Counted from the stretch's first letter, positions 26,749 through 40,540 are shown. The stretch is DNA of 64,000 nucleotides from Octopus vulgaris (GCA_951406725.2 OX597818.1:91512001-91576000), one strand, 5' to 3'. Numbers and translations are program-made. The notes: generated by a model from the sequence alone, not told the origin.

Positions 26749-27798
26749 ATGTGTGTGCGTGTGTAACGGTTTTAGCTTCATTTTATCTCATGATTTCATG
26801 AGCGCTTGTAATGCACCTAATATATGTAAGTTTAAAAGAAATGAATACAATATAAATAAAACTCACGATTTGACACAAAAAGACAAATATACATTATTTA
26901 CTAAGGCGAAATTTACAACACTAAATTTGGTGAGATGAAGAAATATATTTCGATTGAGTGAAATAATAATAGTAATATAATGAAAACAATCATTTACTTT
27001 AAACAAAATTGATCTCCGAACGCTTGCATCCAAATGGAAGGCACTGAAGATAACCAATAGCTACAAGGCCTATATAGGAAATATAAACATAGTGAAAGAT
27101 TAAATCCAACTTCCATGAATACAGTCCTTTATCAAGAGTTCAGTCTTATGGACTCGCTTGACATTTTCTCGGGATCCCAACGGGTTCAGGGACCCAATTC
27201 TGATTTATGTGTCTTGCTCTTATAGATGAATTCTATAGGGACCAAAAATTATTGATTTGCCAGAGTGGCTCATAATGCTGCCAAGACGGCCATGTTTATA
27301 GCGCATAATTTTGCACAGTTTCTCTTACTGAGCTATGATCGATCTAAATCTATAGTATTCGTCCAATATGCATACATTGGGAAGAAATGTAAAGCATTTA
27401 ACTGAAAATCGTATCCTTCCAACATAAGATAATATCTGTGTCATTTAATATTGTGACACTTTTGTGTGACAGTATATGTATTCGTCTGTACAGTTTTCTG
27501 CTGATCCTTTAGGAGATAACACATACAGTTAGCCTCAAAATATTGCTTGTAGATCTCTCACCAGAAATTATCTAACAGGCTTACCAAATTATATATGTTT
27601 ACTTACTTTCCAAATAGGTTGTGCTCAATGATAAAAAGATATAAAGAAGAGGAATAGAAATAAACAAGAGCAAATTCATATTTGCAGCAGAAGTCATAAT
27701 CATATCTGAATATACAGACACATACATATAGATAAGCAGAAACAAAGAGAGATACGTTAATACATATATACATGAGTGTGAATGTAAATACATTTAAA

Positions 27799-27829
<31 letters not shown>

Positions 27830-28084
27830 TACATACATACATAGACACACACACACATATATATATGTAAGCACACACACACACACACTCACACACGCAT
27901 ATATATATATATATATATATATATGCATACACACATATATATATATATATGTACGCAGACACATAAATTCACAGAGAGATATACACACAAAAAACACAAA
28001 TGTATCGATTTTTATATTATAACATTACGCTTTATATCACGCATGAGATAATATATATGGAAATAATATATTTTCTCTTATGTA

Positions 28085-28126
<42 letters not shown>

Positions 28127-30118
28127 AACACTAATACATATATACTTAGTTATATAGATGTGAATATATATGCATATATGTGTGTGTATATATATATGTA
28201 TATGTGTGTATGTATGAACATATACGTGGATGGATATATTTGAATATCTGCGTGTATATATATATATATATATATAACACATGACACAGAGACAAGCTGA
28301 TATATTTATAGCCCTTTATACACTCCGTTATTCTTCTCACATGACACCATATTGTCAATGTTCATCTAAGTGCAATATGCCTTTATGTGGCAACCAAAGA
28401 AATTATTTCAGCTTTTATTGCTCTCTAAGGAAATGTTTATTTTTCATATTTTATTACATTACGCCGATACAGAGTCATTTTGTGAGTATTTTTGTAATTT
28501 TTTTTTTCTTTTAGTCTTTTCTTTCAACCTTTATATTTGTTGATAGATTTTTGCGTTGTTGTTTATGAGGGGACAGTTATTTTCGTTGCATTTGTACATT
28601 TAATTTTTTTTTCTTTTTACTTTTATATGTGTGTTTGTAATTTTCGTCTGTTTTGTTTCCGAATTATGTTTGTCTAATCAAGTGAACTTATCTATGTGAA
28701 TTTGGATTGCAAAGCAGTAAAGCGGTAAGAGCGGCAGTCGTCATGTTGAACTCTCTCAGACGTTCAAATAATATAGAGTTTGATAACATCCAACTGGTGA
28801 CAGAAATCTATGAAAATAATAGCACAAAATATTAGTGCATAAAATGGATGTTTAACAGCGCCAAGAGGAATAAATATTATGGTTTAGGAACCCGTATCAA
28901 GCCACATGTAGATAGCTGGAGTTCTCACTCTAAGTATGTGCACTATAACAGACGTTTCTTCATATCCGATGCAAGGTTAAGATTTGGCTCGAAAACTGCC
29001 AGTTATTTTAACGCTTCGTATTGATAAAATGATACTCTACCCGCAGTCCAAGTAAGCACTCCTTTCAAATTGTACTGGCTTGTTTATAGTTTGGATAAAT
29101 AGAGTTTCAATAATTGAGAGATCGCACGTGAGAAAAATGCTTCGAAATCACATGGTTCCAAGGGCAATAACAATTCATACCATTTCTCGTTTACTTGGTT
29201 TTTAACTGCTTCTGATTTTATTTCTAGTCGAGCAATACGGAGTGACTGCATTTTGATAGACAATTCTGTGCTAAAACGCATCGTTCATACATAAGTATAT
29301 GCATACAGGCACATATTCATACACATATACATACACACACATGGTTATGTGTGCACACGCGCGTGCATGTGTGCGCGCGCTTGCGTGTGTGTGCGTATGG
29401 GTGTGTATGTGTGTGCGTGTTTGTGTGTGTGTGCGTGTGTGTGTGTTCGAGTGTGTGACATCGAGAAACTGGAGTTTCTGATAACATGCCGATGACGGTC
29501 AGAAGGTTGACTTCGAAGACGCACTTACACAATTCTAAAATGTATGTATGTATGTGTGTATATATATATATATATCTTTCTTTCTCTCTGTCTCTCTGTC
29601 TCTCTATATATAGTATTCCCGCGTTCACTCAGAATGCATATGTTGACTAAGACTGGTACAAATGTTACAAATGTACACATACCGATGGTGCTACGAAATG
29701 AGGACTTTGTCGTTTGTGAAGGAAAGTTGTAAAACTTTCGGCCAAACTTCACCTATACGACATACTTCACTTTGTATATAGTACAGTTTCCACTGCTACA
29801 CAGTGTACACACATCTACTACACAGTAAAATACAGTTACTACATAATCGTTTCTAATACAGGAATGAGACGTGAAATTTAGGGAGATGGAAAAACTAGAT
29901 TGCATTGATCCTAATGCTCAACTGGTACTTATTTTATCGACCCCAAGAAGATGAAAGGCAAAGTCGATCTTGCTGGAATTTGCACTCATAATCTAAATCC
30001 TGAAGAAATGACGTGAAACGTCTAGTGCAGCGCAATAACGATTCTACCAGCTCGCTACCTCTACATAATACGAATAAACCCGAGATGCATTTATGTAGTA
30101 TTTACACACACACACACA

Positions 30119-30216
<98 letters not shown>

Positions 30217-30226
30217 CATATATATG

Positions 30227-30556
30227 TTGGGTTGTCGGGAAAGTTCATGCCGATTTATAGTAGCTTACATTTCCACTTATTTTAGGACGTTGCTGAGTCC
30301 ATAAACTAGGATTTGACTACACCTCCATTTAGAGCACAATTTAAGCTATCTTTTCGTGGAAGAAGGTTTATGTTCCTATAACCTGTGTTAATTCTTTGCC
30401 ATGAAACTACCTCAATTCTGAGAAGAGAGCATTTTCAAGTTAAAGGAACGACGGAGACGCATTGTGTAAAATATGGCTCATATTTGGTTGATTAAAAATG
30501 TAATGGCAAGTATTTATTGACCTTTTTCTTTCCGGCACGCACTTTCCGGACACCAA
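30227..30556. mobile_element. Mariner-type MITE / internal deletion derivative
   Basis: TIRs ttgggttgtcgggaaagttcatgccg / cggcacgcactttccggacaccaa, flanked by TA-rich sequence. Confidence 0.7.
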
Positions 30557-30616
<60 letters not shown>

Positions 30617-31480
30617 AGGTGTACACGCAGAGAACCTTCTCCTGCGTAATTTTCCCTGAAGCAAAAATATCGAGCTTGTAACTGCACCATAGTGGAATAT
30701 AAATTACGTCATTGGACTGATAAATTAAGGTTTCGTATGGTAACGTTATTCATAGTCTGGCTCGGTGTGTTTTCATGAAAATTGTAGATATGGCGAATTG
30801 CTCCGAGAGAGTTACCGTAGCGAAATTCATTCATCTATGCATGTACATAAGCGTCTGAAATACAATGTATACAGTTTTATTGTATTCTAGAAAACAGTGC
30901 ATTTCTTCAGATCGACATATATATACATATATATATATATAAACAAAACAAGGAGACAAGTGAACGAGGCATAAACAAGAATATTAGTTTAACGCTCGGA
31001 AGAATGGAGACGTCTTTGACGTTCCGAGCCTACGTTCTTTGCCCAAAAAGAATTGAGAGAAAAAAGAAAACTGGACTGAAAAATGAACATTTATAAATTT
31101 TGAGAGAATGTGAATAATTCTCTTTGGAACGATGGAACTTGAAGCAGGTAAATCTATAAATAATAGTGTATTAATACTATGTCAATAGCACACAGTTCTC
31201 TCTGGTAAGAGAAAAATCTCTGAAATGAATGAATTCGTTCAAAGGACTACATTGGTCCAGCTTCAGAGCGCTTGTCATACTTACAGATGTAGCTGTGAAT
31301 TCTACCGCCAAACTTCCACCTTTTCTATCCAGAGGGATTTTTAACCCAATATTTACAAGTCAATAGTTAAAACTTTATCTGCTTCGAGATCCACCGCCCC
31401 AAAACAAATTGTTCACGCACACACACACACACTCACATATGCACATACACACATTTATGTTTATATCCAGGACTACTCAC

Positions 31481-31596
31481 CATCATTCTTCCATCTTTGT
31501 CATGATACATCCTCAAATAGTCATCCAAGATGTCATAGAAGCAATCTGAGATGAAGTCAACTCTGGCCATTTCTACGTTGCTCCTTCCATAGAAAC
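31481..31596 (-). CDS. S-crystallin exon 3
   Basis: atag|GT TTC TAT...(G)[38 protein letters not shown]|gtgagt. 116 nt, phase 1/0. Confidence 0.97.
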
Positions 31597-31724
31597 CTAT
31601 TAGAAAAGATAAGACAATCACGAAATTATATATATATATAATTTATTATAAAAGTTGTTTTTATGAATACTTGGTATTCGAGTACTATTTCTCCCATATT
31701 GTTTTGCATTTATGTACCTACCTT

Positions 31725-31792
<68 letters not shown>

Positions 31793-32374
31793 TATGGAGT
31801 TCACAGATGTGTGACGAAAGATTTCTGGACAATGAACATGAGTTAAAAAAGAATATTGATAAATGAGTGAAGAACGAATATATAATGTGTGTTTAATTGT
31901 CAAAACAAAAAAATTGACCAACCCGAATAACAACAATATACGTGTGTATGTATGTATGTGTGTGTGTGTGTGTATGAGTGTGTGTGTGTGTATGTGTGTG
32001 TGTGTATGTGTGTTTAAAGGTACAGACCCTTTTCAGTCAAGACTAACCATGGGATTGCGCCTTGAAAGTATGGGCAAGTTTCTTTCTGAAAGTTCAACGG
32101 TCGCCCATGCATAACAGTTTCTCCTCTTGACGTCACCGATACTGTCTAAAGGGAAGGTGAAGACGGATAGAAGTTGGCACCAGTGACGTTACAACTTATT
32201 TCTAGTACTGAGTGGACTGTAGCAACGTGAAATATAGTGTCATGCTCAAGAACACAGCAAGCAACCCACTCCGGGAATCGGATGTACAGCCTGGTGATTG
32301 TAAGCTTGACGCTCTAACCACCGAGCAAGCGCCTTCATACATACATACGTACAAACACACACAAAGCTAGCTAG

Positions 32375-32411
<37 letters not shown>

Positions 32412-32416
<5 letters not shown>

Positions 32417-34030
32417 GCGGCCAAAATGTTCAGAACGGCATTGTTTTCGTCAGAAAAGTAGATATAATTTTTTATCAAAGTAGTTTTATATTCTATAATT
32501 TTCACAGACAATAAATACAATATTAATTGTTATTGTCTGTGATTTTCTTGTAATTTAAGAGGATAATGCAAATGTTATGGATGATTTAGTGATTTACTGC
32601 AAAACCCATGGCGGCCAAAATTATCAGAACGGTTGAAAAAATGACAAAATAATCAAAAATGATAGAGAATACTGGAATTATTTAATATTTAGTGTGAAGC
32701 CCTTTAGCTTCAATCACACTCTAACATCTTTGACTGCATGAGGAAATTAAATTTTCAATTTCTTGCTGGGTGATCTTATTCCATTCTTCCTGAAGGGCAT
32801 TCCATAATTGCTCAGTTGTTTTAGGATTTCTGGCTTTCGAACGTTCTCCTAGAATATTCCATACATTTTCAATAGGATTGAAATCTGGGCTTTGAGCAGG
32901 CCAATCCATAACAATAACCTTTTCAACCTTAAGGAAGTTCATGACCACCTTAGCCTTGTGACATGGGGCATTGCCCTGCATGAATATGGGTGGTCGCTTA
33001 ATTGAATTTCTCAGCACAGGCAAGACATGATCTTTTACAAGTTGTTTATAAACTCCTGCATTTACCTTTCCATGTAATCGCACCAAAGGGCCCACACCAT
33101 CTCCAGATATCATCCCCCAAACCATGACACTTCCTCCACCGAATTTAACACCAGTCTTAAAGCATTTAGGCGACAATTTTTCACCTACTTTTCTACGAAC
33201 GTACATTTTCCCATCAGAGCCAAATAACATAAACTTAGATTCATCACTGAAATGCACCGTTTGCTATTTTTCTTGAGACCACAACACATGTTTGGTTGCA
33301 AAGGTAAGACGACACTTTTTATTCTTGGAGCTGATCAGTGGCTTCACTGCAGGTGCTCTTGCTTGTAGGTCATGTTCAACTAAACGACGAGACACAGTTT
33401 TTCAAGATAAAGTTTTCTTCAATACAATGCTCATTTTCCGAGAAACAGCAGCAGCAGTTTTAAATCTGTCCTTTTTAACCAACTTTACCATAGCACGATA
33501 TTCGTTTTTCTTGGCCTACCTGTGAACTTTCTTACTTCACACGAACCACAATCATAGTAGACCTTAAGAATACCGTGTACAACACTTTTTGAATTGTTAA
33601 CAATCTTTGCAATAGATCCAATACTTAAATTATCCTTCTTTCGAAGCTTAATAATCTGCTGACGAATTGGTAACGGAGTAAGTGGCATTATATTAACAAA
33701 GTACACTGCAAATATTCTTTCTAATGTTTAGTAAACGAACCGTCACGTAAACAAATTCAAGACATTAGAGTTCGCCGGTTAAATATACTAAAACACGGAG
33801 TAAAAGCAACCGTTCTGTTCATTTTGGCTGCCATGGGCTTTGCAGTAAATCACTAAATCATTCATAACTTTTGTAGTATCCTCTCAAATTACACCAAAAT
33901 CTCAGGCAATAACAAATAATATCGTATATATTGTCTGTGAAAATTATAGAATATAAAACAACTTTTCTAAAAAATTATATCTACTTTTCTGACGAAAACA
34001 ATGCCGTTCTGAACATTTTGGCCGCCACTG
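32412..34030 (-). mobile_element. Full-length Tc1-like (IR/DR) DNA transposon in S-crystallin intron 2; transposase inactivated
   Basis: TIRs of about 225 bp (cagtggcggccaaaatgttcagaacgg...) with an inner direct repeat and TA flanks. Transposase MPLTPLPIRQQII...GRPRK.../FSDESKF...VMVWG...MQGNAPCH...WPAQSPDFNPIEN. The second catalytic D is G, and there are frameshifts. Confidence 0.95.
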
Positions 34031-34674
34031 TATATATCAAAGCGATGTGTTATAATACTATTACACATATAAAAAAGCAGCCATACCAACAATCCAACAT
34101 ACCTCCATCTCACGGATATCATTATTGCTTCGACACCCGGGCAGTACCACTAAAATAATTGTTCTTTGGGGTCAAACATGCATATGCTATTGTATAGAGT
34201 TCATGCATTATTACACTTTTATTATTATATTTAACTATAGTGACTCAGGAACGCATGACTTTTATCACACTGGCTTTAAATCTGGCGGCTTGTTTCATAA
34301 GTTATAGTTATTTTGTAACATTCTGTTGATGAAAAATATTTCTATAAAAATATCTGTGCACATGAATAAGTTCAAGTTCTCGTGTTTGTTCTAATAAACC
34401 TGCATTAAATATCATAATTATGTGTCTTTTTTTTTAAATATATAAAATCTATGTAAATACTACGTAATGAATCAGTATTTATATTGGAGTTTTATAGAAG
34501 TTAAATTACACTAATGTTAATATGGAGTCAACATATTTATCGACTTTATATGGGGTATGTATTGCATTTACCTAATAAAATCGCGTTTAAATTGAAATTA
34601 TGTATGATATATTAAACTCGAGTATTAAAATTATATTTCTTAAATAATAATGATAGAGAATATGTATGTATTTA

Positions 34675-34897
34675 TTTATTGCCAACAGAGAGCGAAACAT
34701 AGAGGAGGCAAACAAGGACAAAAGGATTAAGTCGATTACATCGACCCCAGTGCGTAACTGCTACTTATTTAATCGACCCCGAAGGATTAAAGGTAAATTC
34801 GACTTCGGCAGAATTTAAACTCAGAAGGCATTGGCAGACGAAATATCACGAAGCATTTTTCGCCCGGAGTGCTAATGATTCTGCCAGCTCGCCGCCC
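34675..34897 (-). mobile_element. Nin/Deu-domain SINE
   Basis: Reverse complement of the ggcggcgagctggcagaa...ggggtcgattaaataag...ctggggtcgatgtaatcgacttaatcc family. Confidence 0.85.
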
Positions 34898-35500
34898 TGA
34901 AGTAAGTATGTATTGAACGTAAATTTTCACATGATAGATACATATATAATAATTATATGTATTTATATAAAATTTGCATTTAAGAATCAGCGAGGCAATG
35001 AACATTTATTTCAAGTATCCACAGCATAAATTTAGAGATTTCAGTCATAGGTTTCACCTTGTATTCTTTGACATTAAAATCGATGGAAATATAATTATTT
35101 CTCCTTGAAGTGATGTCAAACGTTACATAATAATAAATCAAGTTACTCGTCTGTCTTCGAGGACTTCAAGTACTGTATGTCCGAAGAATAAATCTACGAA
35201 TTAGGACTACTATAAACAGTCTTTGTGTGTGGTATTATTGTTTCGATGTTTCCAACATTTGATTTAAGTCTGTCAGTGTTTTAGAAGTAAATTACCGAAG
35301 TTGTTACAATGCAAAGATTAAATGGCATATATTTTGTGATCTATATTTAATTAATGTTAAAGGATAGTTTTAGGACAATTCAGGTTACAAGTCATCAATG
35401 GAATCATACTAGACTAGTAGTAGTTAGTTTGCCCTTTGCTTCAAAGTGAGGACATTTCATATCATAATTGATACAATCGTCCTATATTCAGTTATGGCAC

Positions 35501-35535
<35 letters not shown>

Positions 35536-35536
<1 letters not shown>

Positions 35537-35930
35537 GAGTGGCTGTGTGGTAAGTAGCTTGCTAACCAACCACATGGTTCCGGGTTCAGTCCCACTGCGT
35601 GGCATCTTGGGCAAGTGTCTTCTGCTAAAGCCCCGGGCCGACCAATGCCTTGTGAGTGGATTTGGCAGACGGAAACTGAAAGAGGCATGTCGTATATATG
35701 TATATATATATATGTGTGTGTATGTGTTTGTGTGTCTGTGTTTGTCCCCCTATCATTGCTTGACAACCGATGCTGGTGTGTTTACGTTCCCGTCACTTAG
35801 CGGTTCGGCAAAAGAGACCGATAGAATAAGTACTGGGCTTACAAAGATTAAGTCCCGGGCTCGATTTGCTCGACTAAAGGCGGTGCTCCAGCATGGCCGC
35901 AGTCAAATGACTGAAACAAGTGAAAAGAAA
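35536..35930 (+). mobile_element. Full-length tRNA-derived CORE-SINE with internal microsatellite
   Basis: A/B-box-like head ggagtggctgtgtggtaag...gggttcagtccc, CORE cttgggcaagtgtcttc, tail ...catggccgcagtcaaatgactgaaacaag. Many fragments elsewhere (2350-2545, 5980-6130, 9190-9310). Confidence 0.88.
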
Positions 35931-35945
35931 AAGAAAAAGAAAAAA

Positions 35946-36001
<56 letters not shown>

Positions 36002-36003
36002 CA

Positions 36004-36553
36004 TAACTTATAAACAAGGGCAAAAGAAAATACTCTAATGCCAAATATACAGAAAATAGACTTAAACCGTCAATAACCACATATAACTCATCACTATAAG
36101 CACGCGTCTCGAAGCAAGCCGACAGAAATTTCTATAAAAAATTCGTTATTACCGAATCGGCCCCGATTTCTGAGTTAATTCATAAAAAATTTTCTCGTCG
36201 CCAGCGGTAAATACGATAAGAAATAAATGAGACGCTTGCTTGCACCTACGGAAGACGTAGACACCAAGTCATGTGTACATTTAAGTACCCCAAATATATC
36301 CAAAATAGAAATACTTCAGCATACCTCGAGACACGTGTGATCGGACTGAAATTCTCATAGAGTGAGAGAGTCCGGAAGTGAATAGTATTAAATTCACATC
36401 TTATATAAGATAAAAAATCTTTTGAAATTTCTTTCGGCTTGCTTCGAGACGCGTGCTTATAGTGATGAATTATATGTGGTTATTGACGATTTAAGTCTAT
36501 TTTCGGCATATTTAGCATTGGATTTTTTTTCTTTTGCCCTTGTTTATAAGTTA
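36004..36553. mobile_element. MITE/fold-back element with about 130-bp TIRs
   Basis: taacttataaacaagggcaaaag...cgcgtctcgaagcaagccga is mirrored by tcggcttgcttcgagacgcg...cttttgcccttgtttataagtta. Confidence 0.85.
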
Positions 36554-37285
36554 CTTATAAGTTACGTATTTTTGAATATGCTGGCCACTGATAAAATGTT
36601 TTCGAAAATTTTATCCTATATCAGATGTATATATATATATATATATATATACTGACTAAAAGGGAGCACGACCCGATATCATTGTTTTTCTCCACCAGGT
36701 AGTCGGAGACGTTGTCGAAGGCTCAGACGAAGGGAAAACTAGCTAACATTAGTCTCTTCAAAATTGACCTGTATACAACTTTCTCCATAGGCACTAATTG
36801 GAAGAAGAAACTGCATGTCATTTCCCTGCCTAATAGAGCGCTGGAGGCAATATTTACTATAGACGTAGCTAATATCCGTATCGGTTCTACATGCAGCAAC
36901 AGTTGCCGGTCATAATGGTATTGGTTTTTACATAAGTACGATGTTATACAACACATGAAAGAGTACAGTCGATGGTATTCAAAGGAGATATTCAACTTCA
37001 GTTGAATATGCTAAGATTTAGCTTCCACCTCTAGCAATGCTTTCCCAATATTAGTGATGATGAGAGCACGGAGTAGTCTATAGTGTTGACCTAGTTGTTA
37101 ACTAGTACTTTTTTAATCATGGGAATTGAACTGAGAACGTAAAAACTCGAAAGAAACACCTAATAATATTTTGTCTAAGGTTCTACTCATTTTGCAGCTT
37201 GCTTGCCGTTTAGTGAAAATAATAAAGAGAAATATAAATATATCATTTAAAGAATTTACAGAAAGGTAAAAAAAATCAGACTTAC

Positions 37286-37381
37286 CAAATTCTCTTGCCA
37301 AATATCTGGCCATAGCCATACTCTGAGGAATCTGTACTTTGTTGTCCAATTCTAACATTGGCATCATAGAACAGGGCATGT
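37286..37381 (-). CDS. S-crystallin exon 2
   Basis: ttctcag|AC ATG CCC...(N)[31 protein letters not shown]+G|gtaagt. 96 nt, phase 1/1. Contains the GST '[11 protein letters not shown]' motif. Confidence 0.97.
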
Positions 37382-38339
37382 CTGAGAACAAAAAATAACA
37401 AATCTTTCTTATAGAAATTTATAATCGCATGTGTCAACTGAATAATACATGATTAAATTTACATAATGTCTTCTAATCATTTTCATCATTTCACTATAAC
37501 ATTCTGTTTAGATTACTGATCGATATTAGCCTTTACAATTTTCATTTTGGTTTTGTGATAGTGGTAGTTGAGGTAGAGGAGACGAAAGAAGACTTCCGTC
37601 GTTCAACAATAAGTATTGAGCTGTTCAGGAACGTGAATTACTTGCTCCTGAATTAACGCTAAGCCCTCCATAAAAAAGCGTAGCGCTTATGTAATTCTCA
37701 GGCCAAATTATATGTGCTAACATGGCTATAACATTTAGTATGAAGAAGCTGTAGCATTTTCAATAAGTGGATCAATCTGCCCAATGGGCTTCTATGCACG
37801 TTCTATTAACCCAATTTCACTCCCAAAGTATGATTGACTCCAGGCTACGGAAAATGGTATTTGTCTGTAAAGTCAAACAATAGGATCGAAAACGGAACCT
37901 CGTCCAATATGAATGCTCTCTCCCCTCTCTCCCCCTCTCTTTCTCTCCTTTCCCTCTCTCTCTCTCATTCTCATTCTGTTTGTCTTTCTCTTTCTCTCCC
38001 TCTCTATCTACATATTTATATACACATACATGTATACACACACACACACATACATACTTACATACATACTAACACACACACATACACACCGACGCACGCA
38101 CTTATATTTTGTGCATGTTGATGAAAAAAGTTTCACCTATACATGTTTCATTAAACATTGGATAATGCTTAAATATTATCTTTAGTTTGGAATTTTCGTA
38201 TTTTCGCAGGTTTCTTTTCTTTTCTTTCTCTTCTGCTTTTATAGAGAGCTCGAAATACTGAAGTTCCGAAATTCATATTTGACATTTCCAGACCATCTCA
38301 ATCTGTTTTGTAAGTATTCATATATTTGATGCCGCTTTT

Positions 38340-39155
38340 GCTTCTGTTGCAGTGGTTGAATTCATGGGTATTTTAACCGTATACCTTAGAAGTCACGTGT
38401 TGATTTCGTCAAATCAACCAGACATTTAGCCGTTAGATTTTTAAATATTTAGCCACTTGTAAACATTTTGTGGCGTGTATCATCTGTATGATTATTTTGA
38501 CATTTTATTGCTATAAGATTTAGGTTTTTATCATTAATCTTTTATTCTTGTGTTGAATTTTATATATTACATATATATTATCCTATAACATTTTTCTATC
38601 TAAATTTATTTTGTGGTGTATGGTATAATGGTTTGCGATAGCTCCCTGTTGTAAATGCTTTCTATGTCTCCAAGAGTGTGTTGTAATAGTATTTCCAATG
38701 TAACAGCTAGAGACCTATTTATGGCAAGTCGAGTTTTACAGCCAATTTTATAGATTGCATTGATCATTCATAGTTCGTTCTCGACTTTGCTTTCTTTAGT
38801 GTGATATTGATAAGCAGGCTTTTGGCTTCCGTGTTTTTGTACTATATTATTACTTTAAGTTTATGTGTGATGCGTTCCGTGTTCTGTTCTATGAAGGTTT
38901 TGATTGTATATTCGTCAGTCTGGTAGGTTTTATGCATTTGGTTCGTATGATAAAACATCCTTGTGGCTGGTGTATTTTTATTAGGTATATTCTCTAATGT
39001 AAATGTCATATTATATTTGTGTCGGTAGTCTTCTATCGCTCGCACTAAAACTACTTGTCTCTTAGAATATCCGTTGTGAAATGATGTTTGCTTTATTCTG
39101 TGGATTTCTTCCTCTAGTGCATTGTTTGTGAATGAGAATAAAAATGCATTTTCGA
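38340..39155 (-). mobile_element. Penelope-like retroelement remnant (RT C-terminus, linker and GIY-YIG endonuclease) in intron 1
   Basis: EEEIHRIKQTSFHNGYS...FYHTNQMHKTYQTDE..IK, and in another frame SCYIGNTITTHSWRHRKHLQQGAI (38638-38709), the YIGxT...R...H pattern of PLE endonucleases. Confidence 0.72.
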
Positions 39156-39294
39156 AAAAGTGATATATACATATATATATATATATGTGTGTGTGTGTGT
39201 CTGTGTGTGTGTATATGTATATATACATACATACCCAAACATGCATACACAAGTATAAACACGCAGCTATGTACAAGCACATACAAGTGTGTAG

Positions 39295-39297
<3 letters not shown>

Positions 39298-39389
<92 letters not shown>
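39298..39389 (+). repeat. (GT)n microsatellite
   Basis: Seen directly. Confidence 0.98.
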
Positions 39390-39390
<1 letters not shown>

Positions 39391-40062
39391 TTATGATCAT
39401 GGTATCGCATCTCTTCTTCTTTCAATACACGATAAAATGAGCAAGCAAGTTCCGCGGTTAGATCCTGGACAATTTGAGAAAATTTGCATTATGAAACATG
39501 CCGGTAAATTTTTAGAAAAGGAAAAAAAAATTCTCCAAAAAAGGATTGTAGATAATGATATAGTAAAGTCTGAGTTTGTAGACATTTACAAGTATGACCT
39601 GAAGTATTTCATATATATGAGTTTATTGTGTTTCGATAATTATACCAAAACAAAAACGAACAATATAGCTACAATCGAACTGAAGGAATAACACACACAC
39701 ACGTACACACGCATAATGATATATAAATGTAAGATGCAATTCCCTAGTTGTAGGAAGTTAATAAGATTTGAGCAGTCTATAGAATGTATAAAACAACTTT
39801 CAGGAACAATAGTAGTTTATTGACGTAGAAGGTTGTGTGTTTTTCTCCATATCCAAATTTGATAAGATTCAAAAGGTTATTTTATAGTCCACGGTTAACA
39901 ACTGGGGATGCTATGATTTTTAGTTTCTTTTAATTTAGCTATGGAGTATCGCTCGTCGAGTAATTATTATTTCCGAGGTTCTGCTAGCTAAGAAAAATAT
40001 GTAACCTGGATTTTACCTGGTCCATACCCTCAACTTGTATTATATATATATATATATATATA

Positions 40063-40235
40063 TTGGTAAAAACGGTAAGGTAACAAAAGAAAGAAAGAGA
40101 CCTCAATATTATGTAAATAGAGGAAATTTATCTGTAAAATAATATGTGACAATTATACGGTAACCAAGATAAAACTCTGGGTTTCAGAATGCCGAGTTGG
40201 AAATCCACACCACCATCTCTTCGGTTATTTGGCCA

Positions 40236-40240
<5 letters not shown>
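40063..40240 (-). mobile_element. Family-2 hammerhead-bearing small element embedded between two (TA)n tracts
   Basis: Reverse complement of 3660-3815: aataa CCGAAGA gatg...cattct GAAA cccagag TT ttatc. Confidence 0.6.
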
Positions 40241-40282
<42 letters not shown>

Positions 40283-40322
40283 CACACTCTGCTCAAATTT
40301 GAAGTTATATTAGGTTATAATT

Positions 40323-40540
40323 AGGCGGCGAGTTAGCAAAATCGTTATCAATCTAGGCTAAATGCTTTACGGCATTTCGTACGTCGTTACATTTTGTGTT
40401 CAAATTCTACCCAGTTCGACTCTGGTTTTCAACATTTGGATGTTGATAAAATAAGTACCAGTTAAACACTGGTTTCGATGTAATCCACTTATTTCCTACC
40501 TGCAAAATTGCTGACCGTGTGCCAAATTTTCAAGCCAATA
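40323..40540 (+). mobile_element. Nin/Deu-domain SINE, diverged
   Basis: ggcggcgagttagcaaaatcgtta...gttcaaattc...gataaaataagtaccagt. Confidence 0.75.
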
